From the NCBI GenBank assembly GCA_022703585.1, contig JAKLDJ010000001.1, positions 246,891 to 310,890 on the forward strand: DNA of 64,000 nt. The letters are read 5' to 3'. The notes under the pieces are model-generated. The model saw only the letters and a list, made by a program, of their open reading frames with translations. It ran no database searches and was not told the DNA's origin. The position numbers and the translations under genes are program-made. This stretch comes from Candidatus Omnitrophota bacterium. GTDB taxonomy: Bacteria; Omnitrophota; Gorgyraeia; Zapsychrales; JAKLDJ01. Of the stretch, positions 63,747 through 64,000 are shown in pieces; position 1 is the first letter of the stretch, and each line of letters starts with the position of its first letter.

Positions 63747-64000
63747 GTCAGGAACCACATGGCAAACAAATCCCAGGGCAGCAAGGGTCCGGGCGGTAAT
63801 AGCCTGGAAGAGATTGCTGTGATACCGTACCTCATGGCCGTAATTCGTCTGATAAGGGAAGTACGCTCCCTTGTTATAAAGAATCTTCACCATAAGGCCT
63901 AAGGATAACGATGTCAGCAGCCTTTCAAAAGAATTCTTAATAACCCGGGTATCGTGAATATCGGTAATATTCATCGCATGCCTGATACCGGCGATCGCCA
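63638..64000 (-). CDS. 5-prime continuation of the giant ORF in a different frame. It encodes the N-terminal part of the phosphohexomutase (PGM/PMM/GlmM-like) module, ends at TAA 63638-63640, overlaps the main frame, and runs off the window end.
   Basis: Translation in frame +2 reads ...IHDTRVIKNSFERLL...ITARTLAALGFVCHVVPDNAATAIWN. The main-frame sequence TSTMGKFFNFVLSFCGTSSHSPSNVDGLK continues it (SASHNP-like active-site Ser motif). Protein-level continuity across the junction implies a 1-nt frame disruption near 63715-63725. Confidence 0.5.

Noticed and set aside
2408-63835. The minus-strand track ORFs (for example 2408-2629, 30910-31206, 45325-45621, 63638-63835) as independent small genes
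   Set aside because: Each is in one of the two minus-strand frames that do not carry the verified protein motifs. They overlap the coding frame throughout. 63638-63835 is the tail of the frame-disrupted phosphohexomutase segment rather than a gene.
1-64000. Alternative genetic code (stop-codon reassignment) as the explanation for the lack of long ORFs in the track
   Set aside because: The coding frame contains no standard stops at any sampled site, so no recoding is needed. The in-frame TGA and TAG seen upstream of the 3-prime methyltransferase domain are in a frame that is not the main coding frame there.
1-64000. rRNA, tRNA or other structured RNA genes
   Set aside because: No region lacks protein-coding signal in the main frame, and no cloverleaf-like or rRNA-like conserved stretches were noticed.

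Overview
This 64 kb window is not an ordinary multi-gene region. Nearly all of it appears to be one giant minus-strand reading frame: codons occupy plus positions 3k..3k+2, the frame ends at TAA 372-374, and it is open back to a TGA at 63747-63749.

Evidence for a single frame: I reverse-complemented and translated by hand at about 26 anchor points between 2.6 kb and 63.5 kb. Every anchor gave recognisable protein sequence in the same frame, and I saw no stop in that frame at any sampled site. None of the ~40 minus-strand ORFs in the supplied track lies in that frame, and no long ORF is listed at all; the plus-strand ORFs are R/S/P-rich antisense shadows. The product would exceed 21,000 aa inside the window.

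Modular structure: the frame looks like a chain of enzyme-sized modules. I verified signature motifs for many of them, listed in the features below. The modules are separated by a recurring 25-35 aa hydrophobic motif flanked by acidic residues, with Pro/Gly breaks, resembling AAFLPASALLGLFGL...LPLLGMT followed by D/E-rich sequence. I verified about 16 instances directly and infer 40 or more.

Frame disruptions: there are two. A +1 disruption near 63715-63725 falls inside the phosphohexomutase module, whose N-terminal part runs to the window edge in another frame. A -1 disruption near 415-425 leads into a C-terminal methyltransferase domain that runs off the window start.

Interpretation: this is inference only. 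The locus may encode a giant membrane-threaded polyprotein, with the recurring motif acting as a processing or anchoring site and the embedded proteases as candidate processing enzymes.

No rRNA, tRNA, CRISPR array or transposase was seen. Module coordinates are approximate, within about 100-200 nt. Translations away from the verified anchors were read by eye and should be treated as provisional.
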